DNA of 64,000 bases from Deltaproteobacteria bacterium (GTDB lineage Bacteria; Myxococcota; Kuafuiibacteriia; Kuafuiibacteriales; Kuafuiibacteriaceae). Positions 22,072-32,578 of this stretch are shown piece after piece; position 1 is the first letter of the stretch; each line of letters begins with the position of its first letter. The position numbers were made by a program, and so were the translations under genes. The stretch covers positions 160,001 through 224,000 of the forward strand of contig JAVJQW010000017.1 in assembly GCA_040218735.1 (NCBI GenBank). Reading direction: 5' to 3'. Under the pieces are notes generated by a model. It saw nothing but the letters and a program-made list of their open reading frames with translations. It searched no databases and was not told the DNA's origin.

Positions 22072-22935
22072 TCAGTGGACGTACGCGAGCTTCTGCCCGG
22101 TGAGCTTGCGGTAGGGGACGGCGAGGCGCGCGCGGAGCTTCTTCTTCACGTCGACCTCGATCTGCCGAATGCGCTCGCGCGACAGGTTGTACTTCTCGCC
22201 GAGCTCCGCGAGGGAGGCTTCTTCACCTTCGTCGGCGAGGAGGCGCTGCTGCAGGATGTCGCGCTCACGCGGTCCGAGCTTCGACGACTCGCGCTCGAGG
22301 AGCGCGGCGTAGCTCGACCACAGCTGCGCGCGCTCGACGCGCTCCTCCTGCGTGGCGTCTTCGTCCGGGATGCGATCGAGCCACGCGGTGGACCGCTCGT
22401 CGGCGCCCTCGGCGTTGAGGGATGCGTCGGTCGAGCTCACGCGCGTGACGAGCGCGGACGCCTCGTCCTCGGTGATGCCGTACTCCTCGGCGAGGCGTTC
22501 GAGGGCGTCGCCCTCACCGACGAGGCCGACCCACCGCGCGTGGTCGCGGCGCACCTTGAAGAAGGTGTCGGTCTCCAGCGCGCGACCGCCGACGCGGACG
22601 ATGCTTCGGCCGCGCAGCATCTCGCGCACGACGTAGGCGCGGACCCAGTGCTCGGCGTAGGTGGCGAAGCGGAGGCCACGCTCCGGCTCGAACTTCGCGA
22701 GGGCGTGGACGAGGCCGAGGTTACCGGCGGCGATGAGATCCGACATCGACGCGCCGTAGCCGCGATAACGCATCGCGACGTGTACGACCTGCTTGAGGTG
22801 CGCGCGGGCGAGTCGTTCCGCCGCGCGCTTGGAACCGCTCGCTTTGTAGAGGGTGGTCAACTCCAACTCCTCCTCGCGGCTCAGGCGAGGTGTGGCGAGC
22901 GCGCTCGCAATGTAGTGCGACGTCGACGATCCCAT
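22072..22935 (-). CDS. Sigma-70 family sigma factor, RpoH/sigma32-like
   Basis: GGAGG RBS; DLIAAGNLGLVHALAKFEPERGLRFATYAEHWVRAY; LGEKYNLSRERIRQIE. Confidence 0.9.
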   Translation of the reverse strand: MGSSTSHYIASALATPRLSREEELELTTLYKASGSKRAAERLARAHLKQVVHVAMRYRGYGASMSDLIAAGNLGLVHALAKFEPERGLRFATYAEHWVRAYVVREMLRGRSIVRVGGRALETDTFFKVRRDHARWVGLVGEGDALERLAEEYGITEDEASALVTRVSSTDASLNAEGADERSTAWLDRIPDEDATQEERVERAQLWSSYAALLERESSKLGPRERDILQQRLLADEGEEASLAELGEKYNLSRERIRQIEVDVKKKLRARLAVPYRKLTGQKLAYVH

Positions 22936-23087
22936 CGGCCACCTCCTTCGGTCGTCAGGATGTGACGTTCGAGGTGAGACCACACGCGATACTTTTTCAT
23001 GGTGAGCATGAGCGCTGCACATGCCGCCCGTGAATCGACCGCGCGCGGCACTTGACGCCCTTTGTACCCGCCGATGACATGCGCAAC

Positions 23088-24746
23088 ATGAGCGACGCGC
23101 CCGTGATTCACCCCCCGACCGGAACGAACCTGAGCTGCAAAGGGTGGGTGCAGGAAGCCGCATTCCGGATGATCCAACACAATCTGGATCCCGACGTCGC
23201 GGAGCGCCCGGAGGACCTCGTCGTGTACGGAGGCACCGGACGCGCGGCGCGCGACTGGCCGAGCTTTCATCGAATCCTCGACGCGCTGAAGGACCTCGAG
23301 AGCGACGAGACGCTGCTCGTCCAGAGCGGCAAGCCGGTCGGTGTCTTTCGCTCGCATGAAGACGCGCCGCGCGTGTTGATCGCGAACTCGAACCTCGTCG
23401 GGAAGTGGGCCAACTGGGAGTACTTCCGCGAGCTCGAGAAGCAGGGCCTGATCATGTACGGGCAGATGACGGCCGGCTCGTGGATCTACATCGGCACGCA
23501 AGGCATCTTGCAAGGCACCTACGAGACGTTCGCCGCCGCCGGTCGCAAACACTTCGGATCCGATGACCTGTCCGGGCGCTTCATCCTCTCCGGCGGGCTC
23601 GGCGGCATGGGCGGCGCGCAGCCGCTCGCGGCGACGATGCTCGGCGCGGCGTACCTCGGCATCGACGTCGACCCGCACCGGATCCAGCGGCGCCTCGAGA
23701 CACGCTACCTCGACGAGGTCGCGGATGACCTCGACGACGCGCTCGCGCGGATCGACAAGGCCCGCGCCGACAAACGCGCGCTCTCCGTCGGGCTGTGCGC
23801 CAACGCCGCGGACGTGTACCCCGAGCTGCTGAAGCGCGGCGTCATCCCGGACCTCGTGACCGACCAGACCAGCGCACACGATCCACTGAATGGATACGTG
23901 CCGAACGGCAAGTCGTTCGAAGAGGCGCTCGCGTGGCGTGACTCCGATCCGACGGGTTACTCGGATGCGTCGAAGGCCGCGATGGCGACGCAGGTCGAGG
24001 CGATGGTCGAGCTCGGCAAGAAGGGCGCGCACGTCTTCGACTACGGCAACAACATCCGCGCGTTCGCGCAGGAGGCGGGCTACGCCGACGCGTTCAGGTT
24101 CCCGGGCTTCGTGCCCGCGTATATCCGCCCGCTGTTCTGCGAGGGTCAGGGCCCGTTCAGGTGGGTCGCGCTCTCCGGCGATCCCGCGGACATCACCGCG
24201 ACCGAGGAAGCGCTCCTCGAAGCGGTCCCCGACGTGCCGCACCTCCGCCGGTGGATCGAGCTGGCGCGCGAGCGTGTGCAGTTCCAGGGCTTGCCGTCGC
24301 GCATCTGCTGGCTCGGGATGGGGCAGCGCGCCCGCGTCGGCCTCGCGTTCAACGAGCTCGTGCGCTCCGGGAAGGTGAAGGCGCCGATCGTGATCGGCCG
24401 CGACCACCTCGACTGCGGCAGCGTCGCTTCGCCGAACCGCGAGACCGAGGGGATGAAGGACGGCAGCGACGCGATCGCGGACTGGCCGATCCTCAACGCG
24501 ATGATCAACGCCGTGAACGGCGCCTCGTGGGTGTCGTTCCACCACGGCGGCGGCGTGGGGATCGGGTACTCGCTGCACGCCGGAATGGTGATCGTCGCCG
24601 ACGGCACCGACGCCGCGGCGCGACGCCTCGAGCGTGTGTTGACTTCGGATCCGGGCATGGGGGTCATCCGGCACGTCGACGCCGGCTACGACGAGGCGAA
24701 GGCGTGCGCGGAGCGCACCGGCGTGAAGATCCCCTCGGCGCGTTGA
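23088..24746 (+). CDS. hutU: Urocanate hydratase
   Basis: [68 protein letters not shown]. Confidence 0.99.
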   Translation: MSDAPVIHPPTGTNLSCKGWVQEAAFRMIQHNLDPDVAERPEDLVVYGGTGRAARDWPSFHRILDALKDLESDETLLVQSGKPVGVFRSHEDAPRVLIANSNLVGKWANWEYFRELEKQGLIMYGQMTAGSWIYIGTQGILQGTYETFAAAGRKHFGSDDLSGRFILSGGLGGMGGAQPLAATMLGAAYLGIDVDPHRIQRRLETRYLDEVADDLDDALARIDKARADKRALSVGLCANAADVYPELLKRGVIPDLVTDQTSAHDPLNGYVPNGKSFEEALAWRDSDPTGYSDASKAAMATQVEAMVELGKKGAHVFDYGNNIRAFAQEAGYADAFRFPGFVPAYIRPLFCEGQGPFRWVALSGDPADITATEEALLEAVPDVPHLRRWIELARERVQFQGLPSRICWLGMGQRARVGLAFNELVRSGKVKAPIVIGRDHLDCGSVASPNRETEGMKDGSDAIADWPILNAMINAVNGASWVSFHHGGGVGIGYSLHAGMVIVADGTDAAARRLERVLTSDPGMGVIRHVDAGYDEAKACAERTGVKIPSAR

Positions 24747-24748
24747 GC

Positions 24749-25666
24749 GTGCGGGTGCTGCTGCTCGCGCTCCTGGCCGCGGGCTGCACGAAGACGCCGA
24801 AGACGTGCGGCCCCGACGTCTACGGCGTCGCCGCCTACGACGCGCTCCTCGGGGTCACCTACGACGGCGGACCGGCGCTCTACGCGACGAACGTGGCGGG
24901 GTTGCTCGCGGGCGAAGGCGCCGCGCTGGCGACCGCGCTCGAGGCGGCGGCCCAGGTACATCCGAATCCACTGAATGGACCCGCGCGCGTCGCGCTGCAG
25001 AACGACGTGTGGGGCGTGCTGCAACGTGTGGCCGCCCACGAGACCTCGTCGTCGACGAAGGCGGCGATCCTGGCGAGCGCGCACGCGCTGGTGCAGCGGC
25101 TCGCGCTGCCGGCCTCCGTCCTCGAATCGATGGACGGGACCGCGGCGCCGAAGACGATCGCCCGGTTCCTCCCGGGCTTCGAGGAGCACGACACGGAGCA
25201 CGTCGTGCTCGGACACGAACACCTCTACGGGCTGCGCCGGCTGTTTCGGATCTACGTCGACGGCGATCACGTCGCGTTGGTCGGGCAGCTGGTCGCCATG
25301 GACACCGAAGCGCGGCCACACCTCACGAACGTGTTGTCGGAGATCGAGCGGCTCGACTTCGAGGTCACGGCGCCGGCCGAGCCGCGCGCGGTGGAGCTGG
25401 TGCGCGCCCGGGTGTTCGAGCTCGATCGTCGGCGCCTGCGGTGCCGAGGTGAGGGCCTCGTGGAAGTGGGCCATGTGCCGCACGTCCCGGGGCTCGGCGC
25501 GAACGGCTTCCTGGCGCGCTTCGGCGCGTCGCAGGATCTCGCTTCTTTGCCCTGCGCGTCGTGCCACGACGACGGCAACCGGATGTCCCTGCCGATCCCC
25601 GGAAATTCCGCCACGCGGCACCGGCGGCTCCTCGGGGAGCTCGCCGACGCTTACCCCGAAAAGTGA
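24749..25666 (+). CDS. Hypothetical lipoprotein with a C-terminal CxxCH motif
   Basis: VRVLLLALLAAG-C lipobox; CASCH near C-terminus; abuts the hutU stop (TTG 24743 is an alternative start). Confidence 0.65.
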   Translation: MRVLLLALLAAGCTKTPKTCGPDVYGVAAYDALLGVTYDGGPALYATNVAGLLAGEGAALATALEAAAQVHPNPLNGPARVALQNDVWGVLQRVAAHETSSSTKAAILASAHALVQRLALPASVLESMDGTAAPKTIARFLPGFEEHDTEHVVLGHEHLYGLRRLFRIYVDGDHVALVGQLVAMDTEARPHLTNVLSEIERLDFEVTAPAEPRAVELVRARVFELDRRRLRCRGEGLVEVGHVPHVPGLGANGFLARFGASQDLASLPCASCHDDGNRMSLPIPGNSATRHRRLLGELADAYPEK

Positions 25667-25693
25667 GGACGATCGGCGGCCGGATCGCGTAGG

Positions 25694-26020
25694 ATGTTCG
25701 CGATGCCTGGCATGATCGACATGGTCCCGGGCCCCGACGGGGTCTTCAGGATGAAGGAACCCGGTACGGCGCTCGCTCGGGTCGCGAACCCATCGACCGT
25801 CAGCACCGCACGCGCGACGGCAGGAGCCGGCGGGCGCGCCGCCGCCTCGGGCCTCGGGGGCTTCCTCCGGAGCGCCGTCAGCTGGGTCGCGCGCCTGTCG
25901 ACGCCGGGGAAGATCCTCCTCGCGGGCGCGGCGATCATCGGGGTCTCCAAGCTCGCCAACCGCGACGCACCGCAGGCCGCCCATCTCGCGGGTGCCTACC
26001 CGACGATGCCCTACGTATGA
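25694..26020 (+). CDS. Small hypothetical protein with amphipathic/hydrophobic segments
   Basis: 108 aa; GLGGFLRSAVSWVARL and ILLAGAAIIGV; ATGA overlap with the next gene. Confidence 0.55.
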   Translation: MFAMPGMIDMVPGPDGVFRMKEPGTALARVANPSTVSTARATAGAGGRAAASGLGGFLRSAVSWVARLSTPGKILLAGAAIIGVSKLANRDAPQAAHLAGAYPTMPYV

Positions 26021-26475
26021 GCCACGAAGTCACCGAAGAGCAGCTCGCGAACGTTCACCCGTTTGCGATGTGGGTCATCGACCAGCTCGACCTGCGCAAG
26101 GGCCAGCCCGACGAAGTCTTCACCGACGAAGACGTGCTGGAGCTCGCGAAGGGCCTCGAGAACCTCCTCGGTGACGAAGAGCTCCGACTCGCCGTCGTCT
26201 CGCTCCTCAACCTCGCCGCCACCCTCCAGACCAACGGATCGCCGAAGACGGCCAGGAAGTTGTACGACCTGGTAGAGCGACCGAAGGTGCTCGACGCGCT
26301 GAAGGCGCTCAACGCCTCACGCGGCGAGCAGAGCGAACGTGAAAAGATCGAGGGACAGCGCAAGTTCGAGAAGATGTCGGGGAGCGGCGACAAACCCAAA
26401 CCCGCGGCGGTCGGCGAGGAACGCCCGAAGGACACCGTCACGCTCGACAAGCTCCAGTTTCCGCGACGTTTGTGA
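26017..26475 (+). CDS. Hypothetical helical protein
   Basis: 152 aa, normal composition and codon bias, coupled to the upstream ORF. Confidence 0.7.
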   Translation: MSHEVTEEQLANVHPFAMWVIDQLDLRKGQPDEVFTDEDVLELAKGLENLLGDEELRLAVVSLLNLAATLQTNGSPKTARKLYDLVERPKVLDALKALNASRGEQSEREKIEGQRKFEKMSGSGDKPKPAAVGEERPKDTVTLDKLQFPRRL

Positions 26476-26521
26476 CGCGCGCCGCTGTCCTCCCGGCCCT
26501 GGAATACGCACAATCGACGCC

Positions 26522-27883
26522 GTGAGGTTCGTAGCACCGTGGGCGCTCCTGCTGGTCGCCGGTTGCACGGCGGACGTCGGTGAGTTGTGCGGCGGACCGC
26601 TACACGAAGTCACCGAGCCGGTCGTCGTCCCGCGGTCGGCCGACGTCCTGTTCGTCGTCGACAACTCACGGTCGATGGCCGAGGAGCAAGAAGCGCTCGC
26701 GCGCAGCTTCGGTCGTTTCATCGACGCCGTCGCGGGCTCGGGTGAGTACCGCATCGGCGTCATCTCCACCGACATGTCGTTCGACTTCGACGACGAGGGC
26801 GAGGTCGGCGGCTACTCGGAGTTCATCTACGACGTGCGTCACCCGCACGGGATCGTCGGCGTCGACGATCAGCAGTGCGCGCCCCTCGTTCCCCGCACCG
26901 AGCACGGTTGTTTCCGCGGGCGCGGGGCGGAGCGCTTCGTCGACTCCACGATGGGGGATCGCAACGCTCAGATCGCGCGCTTCGCCCAGAACGTTCGCGT
27001 GGGGACGTGCGGCTCCGGCTTCGAGCTCGCGTTCCAGGCGCTCATCCGCGCGCTCGACGAACGCGAAGGCTGCAACCAAGGTTTCTTCCGCGAGGATGCG
27101 AACCTCGTGATCATCTTCGTCTCCGACGAGGACGACAACGGCCAAGAGCCCATCGCGCTCTACGCGGAGGAGCTCGAGCGCCGGGTCGACCTGAGGCGCA
27201 CGCGCATCGCCTCCGTTATCGGCGCGGTCGACGGCGAGGCGAGCTACTGCAACCCCGACACGGCCGAGGTGTGCGGCGACTTCTGCGCCGAGCTGAACCC
27301 GAACGGCTCGGGCTTCCCGTGTTCGTTCGCCACCTCGGGGACGTGCCCGTTCGGCGAGATCTGTCTGCCGATGGGCGCGGGGCAGGAGCCTCGCTGTGTG
27401 TTCGACGACGAAGGCGCGACGTTCTGCGCGAGCTGCTCGCGTTTCATGACCGACGGGTGCTGCTCCGCCGAGCCGGGCCGTCGCTACGTCGAGCTCGCGC
27501 GAGAGATCGAGCGCCGCACCGTCGCCGCGAACCCGGAGCTCGTCGCGACGGGGTGCTCGGGCGGCACGGACTCCCTGTGCCTCGTCGACACCATCTGCGC
27601 GACGGACTTCGGCGACACCCTCGCCCGCATCGCGCGCGACCTCGTCGCGTCAACGGACTACACGCTCATCCCGCCCGTCGAAGGACCGCGGCGCATGGTC
27701 GTAGACCTCGTCGGCCCGCGCTTCGACGACGGCGAGCGCCGCCTGCAGATCGACACGGACTACCGCCTCAGCGACGACGGCTCGATCGTCTCGATCCTCA
27801 TCCCGACCGAGCCGGAGGACACCGTCCGCATCCGCTACCGCAACTCGATCGACATCCCCGGCAAGAACTGCCTCCCGAACTGA
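26522..27883 (+). CDS. Cys-rich vWA-domain lipoprotein (myxobacterial type)
   Basis: LLLVAG-C lipobox; DVLFVVDNSRSM (DxSxS MIDAS), IGVISTD, FFREDANLVIIFVSDEDD; Cys-rich insert. Confidence 0.82.
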   Translation: MRFVAPWALLLVAGCTADVGELCGGPLHEVTEPVVVPRSADVLFVVDNSRSMAEEQEALARSFGRFIDAVAGSGEYRIGVISTDMSFDFDDEGEVGGYSEFIYDVRHPHGIVGVDDQQCAPLVPRTEHGCFRGRGAERFVDSTMGDRNAQIARFAQNVRVGTCGSGFELAFQALIRALDEREGCNQGFFREDANLVIIFVSDEDDNGQEPIALYAEELERRVDLRRTRIASVIGAVDGEASYCNPDTAEVCGDFCAELNPNGSGFPCSFATSGTCPFGEICLPMGAGQEPRCVFDDEGATFCASCSRFMTDGCCSAEPGRRYVELAREIERRTVAANPELVATGCSGGTDSLCLVDTICATDFGDTLARIARDLVASTDYTLIPPVEGPRRMVVDLVGPRFDDGERRLQIDTDYRLSDDGSIVSILIPTEPEDTVRIRYRNSIDIPGKNCLPN

Positions 27884-27902
27884 CGCACACCGACGACCGC
27901 CG

Positions 27903-29129
27903 TCAGTTGCAGACCTCGATCGCCTCGACGGTCGCGTAGCCGCTCGCCGGGATGCCGTTGATCACCGCGGCGTAGTTGTAAGCGAGGACGCCGTCCTCGA
28001 AGGCGAGGGCGTGCGGCGGGAAGGCGAAGTCGCAGCACAGGCACGGCGCGACCACCCGGCTGACCTCGACCTCGCGGTCGAGGGGGAGCTTCGGGTTCCA
28101 GAGCCTCAGCGTGCCGCGGTTGTTGCCGCCGCAGAGCGCGTCGGGGTCGGCGTAGTGGATGTACGCGACGACGCCGTCATCGATGCGCGCGACGGAGATG
28201 ATCCCGCCGCCCCCGTCGCGCGTGAAGTACTCGCCGTCGATCGACACTTCGATGCGCCGGCCGAACTGCGGGTTGTCGCCGTTGCACGTCGCGACGACGT
28301 CGCCGTCCTGCGCGTCCGCGACGGCACAGTCGTCCCCGAACGCGAGCTCGATCGGCGCGCGTGTGTCGAGGTGGAAGCCCTGGACGCCGTCGCCCGTGAA
28401 GAAGATGCGGTCGCCGTCGAAGATCGGCGTCACGCCCGTGGAGGTCGGCGGCGTGGTGAAGAACGGGCGCGCGGCGCCGGCTTCGTACACGTCGATCGGG
28501 AGCCCTCGACCCGTGCGTTCGCCGAAGACGGCGATGCGACGTCCCCCGTAGACGGCAGCAAAGCCGCGGCCACGGTCGGTGATCGCCTGTGCACCGGTCT
28601 CGGGGGTCCACGCGAAGAGCGCGTCGGTCAGGAAGATGGCGCCGGTGCGGTCGATGAACTGGGGCTCGGCGCCACCCGTGTCGTAGGGCGTGAACGCATC
28701 GTTCGGGATCGCCGCGAAGCGCACCGAGGACTCGGCGCTCTCCCCGTAGTAGAGCGACACCCCCGACTCCGACCACGCGATCACGCCGTCGCGCGCGTCG
28801 AGGATCCGGCGCTCGCCGCCTTCGCTGACGAACGGTTGCTCTCGGCCGTCGTCCGCATCGATGACCGCGATCCCCTGCCCTGCCCTGTACTGCCGATGGA
28901 CGTAGACCTTCCGCGCGCTGACGTAGGCCGCGTCGAACCCGACGTCCTCGATGAAGTGCGACGCCGCGACATACCGATCCACGGCGCAGCTCGGCCCGGT
29001 CGGTCCGGTGGGGCCCGTCGGTCCGGTCGGCCCCGTCGGTCCGGTGGGCGCCTTCGTCGTGCTCTTCAGCAGGTCGGAGCGACCGCAGCCCGCGGCGAGG
29101 AGTAGAACGACGAGCCACCGAAACATCAT
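27903..29129 (-). CDS. Lipoprotein with Gly-Pro-Thr linker and beta-propeller-like body
   Basis: LLLAAG-C lipobox; PTGPTGPTGPTGPTGPTGP. Confidence 0.75.
   Translation of the reverse strand: MMFRWLVVLLLAAGCGRSDLLKSTTKAPTGPTGPTGPTGPTGPTGPSCAVDRYVAASHFIEDVGFDAAYVSARKVYVHRQYRAGQGIAVIDADDGREQPFVSEGGERRILDARDGVIAWSESGVSLYYGESAESSVRFAAIPNDAFTPYDTGGAEPQFIDRTGAIFLTDALFAWTPETGAQAITDRGRGFAAVYGGRRIAVFGERTGRGLPIDVYEAGAARPFFTTPPTSTGVTPIFDGDRIFFTGDGVQGFHLDTRAPIELAFGDDCAVADAQDGDVVATCNGDNPQFGRRIEVSIDGEYFTRDGGGGIISVARIDDGVVAYIHYADPDALCGGNNRGTLRLWNPKLPLDREVEVSRVVAPCLCCDFAFPPHALAFEDGVLAYNYAAVINGIPASGYATVEAIEVCN
28993..29049 (-). repeat. 9-bp coding tandem repeat (Gly-Pro-Thr, about 6 units)
   Basis: Collagen-like (GPT)n with synonymous codon variation. 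Confidence 0.8.
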
Positions 29130-29276
29130 GTTCTAACTACCGCGTCGGCCGGCCATCCGGCACCCGGCCTTCATTCACGTAGGATCGTCGCGCCGATTCC
29201 TACACAAACGTCGCTCCCGTCGCCAAATCTCCAAGGCCCACCGTGTGCGTGCCACTTGCTCACGCGGGGCCCAACC

Positions 29277-30308
29277 ATGGCCTACCAAGCTGAGTACATC
29301 TGGATCGACGGCACAGAGCCCACCCCGCTGGTGCGCTCCAAGACCCGCATCATCACCGACGCCCCGACCAAGGATCCGGGCGCCCTGCCCCAGTGGCAGT
29401 TCGACGGCTCGAGCACCAACCAGGCGCCCGGGCGTGACTCCGACTGCATCCTCGAGCCCGTGCGCGTCGTCCCCGACCCCGTGCGCGGCGGCGACAACAT
29501 CCTCGTCCTGTGCGAGGTCCACGCGCCCGACGGCACGCCGCACGCGAGCAACCGCCGCGCGCTCCTCCGCGCTGCGTTGGACGCGGGCGCCGAAAAGTCC
29601 GAGGCGTGGGTGGCCTTCGAGCAGGAGTACACGTTCTTCGACGGCTCCCGCCCGATGGGCTTCCCGGCCGAGCGTCGGTTCCCCGCTCCGCAGGGGCCGT
29701 ACTACTGCGGCGTCGGCGCCGACGAGGTGTACGGTCGCGAGATCGTCGAGGAGCACACCGCCGCGTGCATGCGCGCCGGGCTCTCGATCTGCGGCATCAA
29801 CGCCGAGGTGATGCCCGGGCAGTGGGAGTTCCAGATCGGCGGCCCCGGCGTGGGTCCGCTCGAGGCGTCCGACCACCTGTGGCTCGCGCGCTGGCTCCTC
29901 TACCGGGTGGGCGAGAACTTCGACATCTCCGCGACGCTCGATCCCAAGCCGGTCCCCGGCGACTGGAACGGCGCCGGGATGCACACGAACTACTCGACCG
30001 CAGCGATGCGCATCGAGGGCGGCCGCAAGGTCATCGAGGACGCGTGTGAGAAGCTCCGCGCGAACCACGAGAAGCACCTCGCGGTGTACGGCCACGGCAA
30101 CGAAGGTCGACTCACCGGCCTCCACGAGACGTGCTCGTACCGTGAGTTCCGCTGGGGCGTCGCCGACCGCACCGCGTCGATCCGCATCCCGCGGTCCGTC
30201 GCGACGGACGGCTTCGGCTACCTCGAGGATCGTCGCCCGGCCGCGAACGCGGACCCGTACAACGTGTGCAACGCGCTGCTGCGCTCTACGCTCGACCTCT
30301 GGCCGTAA
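29277..30308 (+). CDS. glnII: Glutamine synthetase type II
   Basis: ~343 aa; [67 protein letters not shown]. Confidence 0.95.
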   Translation: MAYQAEYIWIDGTEPTPLVRSKTRIITDAPTKDPGALPQWQFDGSSTNQAPGRDSDCILEPVRVVPDPVRGGDNILVLCEVHAPDGTPHASNRRALLRAALDAGAEKSEAWVAFEQEYTFFDGSRPMGFPAERRFPAPQGPYYCGVGADEVYGREIVEEHTAACMRAGLSICGINAEVMPGQWEFQIGGPGVGPLEASDHLWLARWLLYRVGENFDISATLDPKPVPGDWNGAGMHTNYSTAAMRIEGGRKVIEDACEKLRANHEKHLAVYGHGNEGRLTGLHETCSYREFRWGVADRTASIRIPRSVATDGFGYLEDRRPAANADPYNVCNALLRSTLDLWP

Positions 30309-31056
30309 GCGCTTCCAACACCCTGCGCAACGCGGGCGGGTCTTGGACCCGGTGGCTCGCCCGCGTCGCGCCCTCCCCCACCTTCACCGTCAACGCACCT
30401 TCGCGCCCCGCGAGGGATTCGAACGCGTCTTCGTCGGTGACGTCATCCCCCGCGTAGAAGACCGACTTCGCGCCGAGCTCGTCCGCGAGCGCGAGGAGCG
30501 CCGTACCCTTGTGCACGCCGCGCGGGCGCGCCTCGACCACACGTTTACCTCGGACCAGCTCGAGCGGGGCCCCCGCCATCACCTCTGTGAAGCGGCGCTG
30601 CGCCTCGACCTCGTCGTCGGGCGCGCAAGCCCGCGTGTGCATCGCGAGGCCGGACGACTTGTCCTCGATCCACGCACCCTCGATCGACGCCACCGCCGCC
30701 TTCGCGGCGACGCGGCGTTCTTCGATCTCCTTCGCGGTCGCCTCGTCGAGCGCGTGTGCTTCGAGCGCTTCGGCCGGCGTGTTCGGCGCGCACCGTTCGT
30801 GACCGTGCAGACCGATGCGCCACACGTCCGGCATCCGCAGGAGCGCGTCGACGCTCTTCACGTCGCGGCCTGTCACGATCGCGAGCGTGTGCGTCGAGGC
30901 GAGGCGTTCGAGGATCGGCCGCGTCACCTCCGGCAGCGCGGCGTCCTCCGGGCGGTCGACGATCGGCGCGAGCGTACCGTCGAAGTCGAGCGCGACCAGG
31001 TGCAAGCCAGGTTGCGCGAGCCAGGCCGCGACGTCGGCGTCGCTGGGGCCCTTCAA
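30286..31056 (-). CDS. otsB: Trehalose-6-phosphate phosphatase
   Basis: HAD motif [32 protein letters not shown]; TTGA overlap with the otsA stop. Confidence 0.93.
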   Translation of the reverse strand: MKGPSDADVAAWLAQPGLHLVALDFDGTLAPIVDRPEDAALPEVTRPILERLASTHTLAIVTGRDVKSVDALLRMPDVWRIGLHGHERCAPNTPAEALEAHALDEATAKEIEERRVAAKAAVASIEGAWIEDKSSGLAMHTRACAPDDEVEAQRRFTEVMAGAPLELVRGKRVVEARPRGVHKGTALLALADELGAKSVFYAGDDVTDEDAFESLAGREGALTVKVGEGATRASHRVQDPPALRRVLEALTARGRA

Positions 31057-32507
31057 ACGTCGATCCCCGCGGAGGCTTGCGCGGCGCGGAGGCTCTCGCC
31101 GAGCCACCATCCGATGTCACGCATCGCCACGCGCGTCCGCAGCCGACGCATCCGCGCGCGCTGCTCGTCGGGGTGCATCTTCAGCGCGAAGTCGAGCGCG
31201 GTCGCGACGTCGCTGATGCTGTACGGGTTCACGAGCACACTGTCGCGGCCCAGCTCTTCACCCGCGCCCGCGAACTCCGACAGTAGGAGCACACCGTCGT
31301 CCTCGATGCGGCTCGCGACGTACTCCTTCGCGACGAGGTTCATGCCGTCGCGCAGCGGCGTCACCAGCGCGACGTCCGCGGCGCGGTACTGCGCGATGAG
31401 CTCGTCCTTCGGCAGCCCGCGGTACTGATAACTCACCGGCGTCCAACCGAGCCGGCTGTACTGACCGTTGATGCGACCGACCGTCTCGTCGACCTTGCGC
31501 TTGAGGTTCTTGTAGTCCTCGACCGCCGTGCGGCTCGGCACGGCGATCTGCACGAGCGAGACCTTGCCGCGGTAGTGCGGGTGTCGCTCGAGCAGCCGTT
31601 CGAACGAGTAGAGCCGCTCCAGGATCCCCTTCGTGTAGTCGAGGCGATCCACGCCGAGGATGATCTTGTCTCCGCTCACCTTGCGCCGGATCTCGGCGAC
31701 CTGCTGCTCCACCTTCTCGGAACGCGCGACGCGCTCGTGCTCGGCGACGTCGATGCCGATCGGGAACCAACCGACCTGCGTCGACCGCCCCTGCCACAAC
31801 ACCTGTCCCGACGCCTCGTCCACCTGCGCGCCGAGGATCTCCGAGCACGCGGTCATGAAGTTCTTCGCGTAGTTCTTGGTGTGGAAGCCGACGAGGTCCG
31901 CGCCGAGCAAGCCGAGCAGCACGTCTTCGCGCCACGGCAACACCCGGAACACCTGCGACGCCGGGAACGGCACGTGGTGGAAGTACGCGATCGCGCCGCC
32001 GTTCGACCGTCGCTCACGCACCATCCGCGGCGCGAGGCAGAAGTGGTAGTCCTGGATCCACACCAGGTCGCCCTCGCGCGCCTCCGCGGCGACCGCGTCC
32101 GCGAAACGCGCGTTGACGCGCTGGTAGACGTCCCAGTCCTGCTCCTGGAAGTCACACCGGTCGAGCAGGTAGTGACACAGCGGCCAGAGCGCGCGGTTCG
32201 CGAAGCCCTGGTAGTACCGCCGCACTTCGCTCTGCGTCAGCGGGACACTTCGGAAGAGGAACGACGGCGCGTCGCCGCCCGGGACGCGCGTGCGCGTGGG
32301 CTCCTTCGACTCCGGCTCCCACGCGACCCAGACCCCGTCCTCCTGGGTCATCACCGGCGTCAGCGCGCTGACGAGGCCGCCGGGTTTCTGCACCCAACGC
32401 TCGGAGCCGTCCTTCGCCTTCTTGCGCGTGAACGGCTCGCGGTTGCTGACGAGGACGATCCGCGGCCGCGCTTCGGTCACGCGGCGGGGTTCGGACGAAC
32501 GCTGCAT
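31053..32507 (-). CDS. otsA: Trehalose-6-phosphate synthase
   Basis: [51 protein letters not shown]. Confidence 0.96.
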   Translation of the reverse strand: MQRSSEPRRVTEARPRIVLVSNREPFTRKKAKDGSERWVQKPGGLVSALTPVMTQEDGVWVAWEPESKEPTRTRVPGGDAPSFLFRSVPLTQSEVRRYYQGFANRALWPLCHYLLDRCDFQEQDWDVYQRVNARFADAVAAEAREGDLVWIQDYHFCLAPRMVRERRSNGGAIAYFHHVPFPASQVFRVLPWREDVLLGLLGADLVGFHTKNYAKNFMTACSEILGAQVDEASGQVLWQGRSTQVGWFPIGIDVAEHERVARSEKVEQQVAEIRRKVSGDKIILGVDRLDYTKGILERLYSFERLLERHPHYRGKVSLVQIAVPSRTAVEDYKNLKRKVDETVGRINGQYSRLGWTPVSYQYRGLPKDELIAQYRAADVALVTPLRDGMNLVAKEYVASRIEDDGVLLLSEFAGAGEELGRDSVLVNPYSISDVATALDFALKMHPDEQRARMRRLRTRVAMRDIGWWLGESLRAAQASAGIDV

Positions 32508-32578
32508 CTCGAAGTCGATGGCGTGAGGTACCAGTCTCGTTTGGCGCCACGCAACGGCGTGTGTTTCGATGCCGTGAC

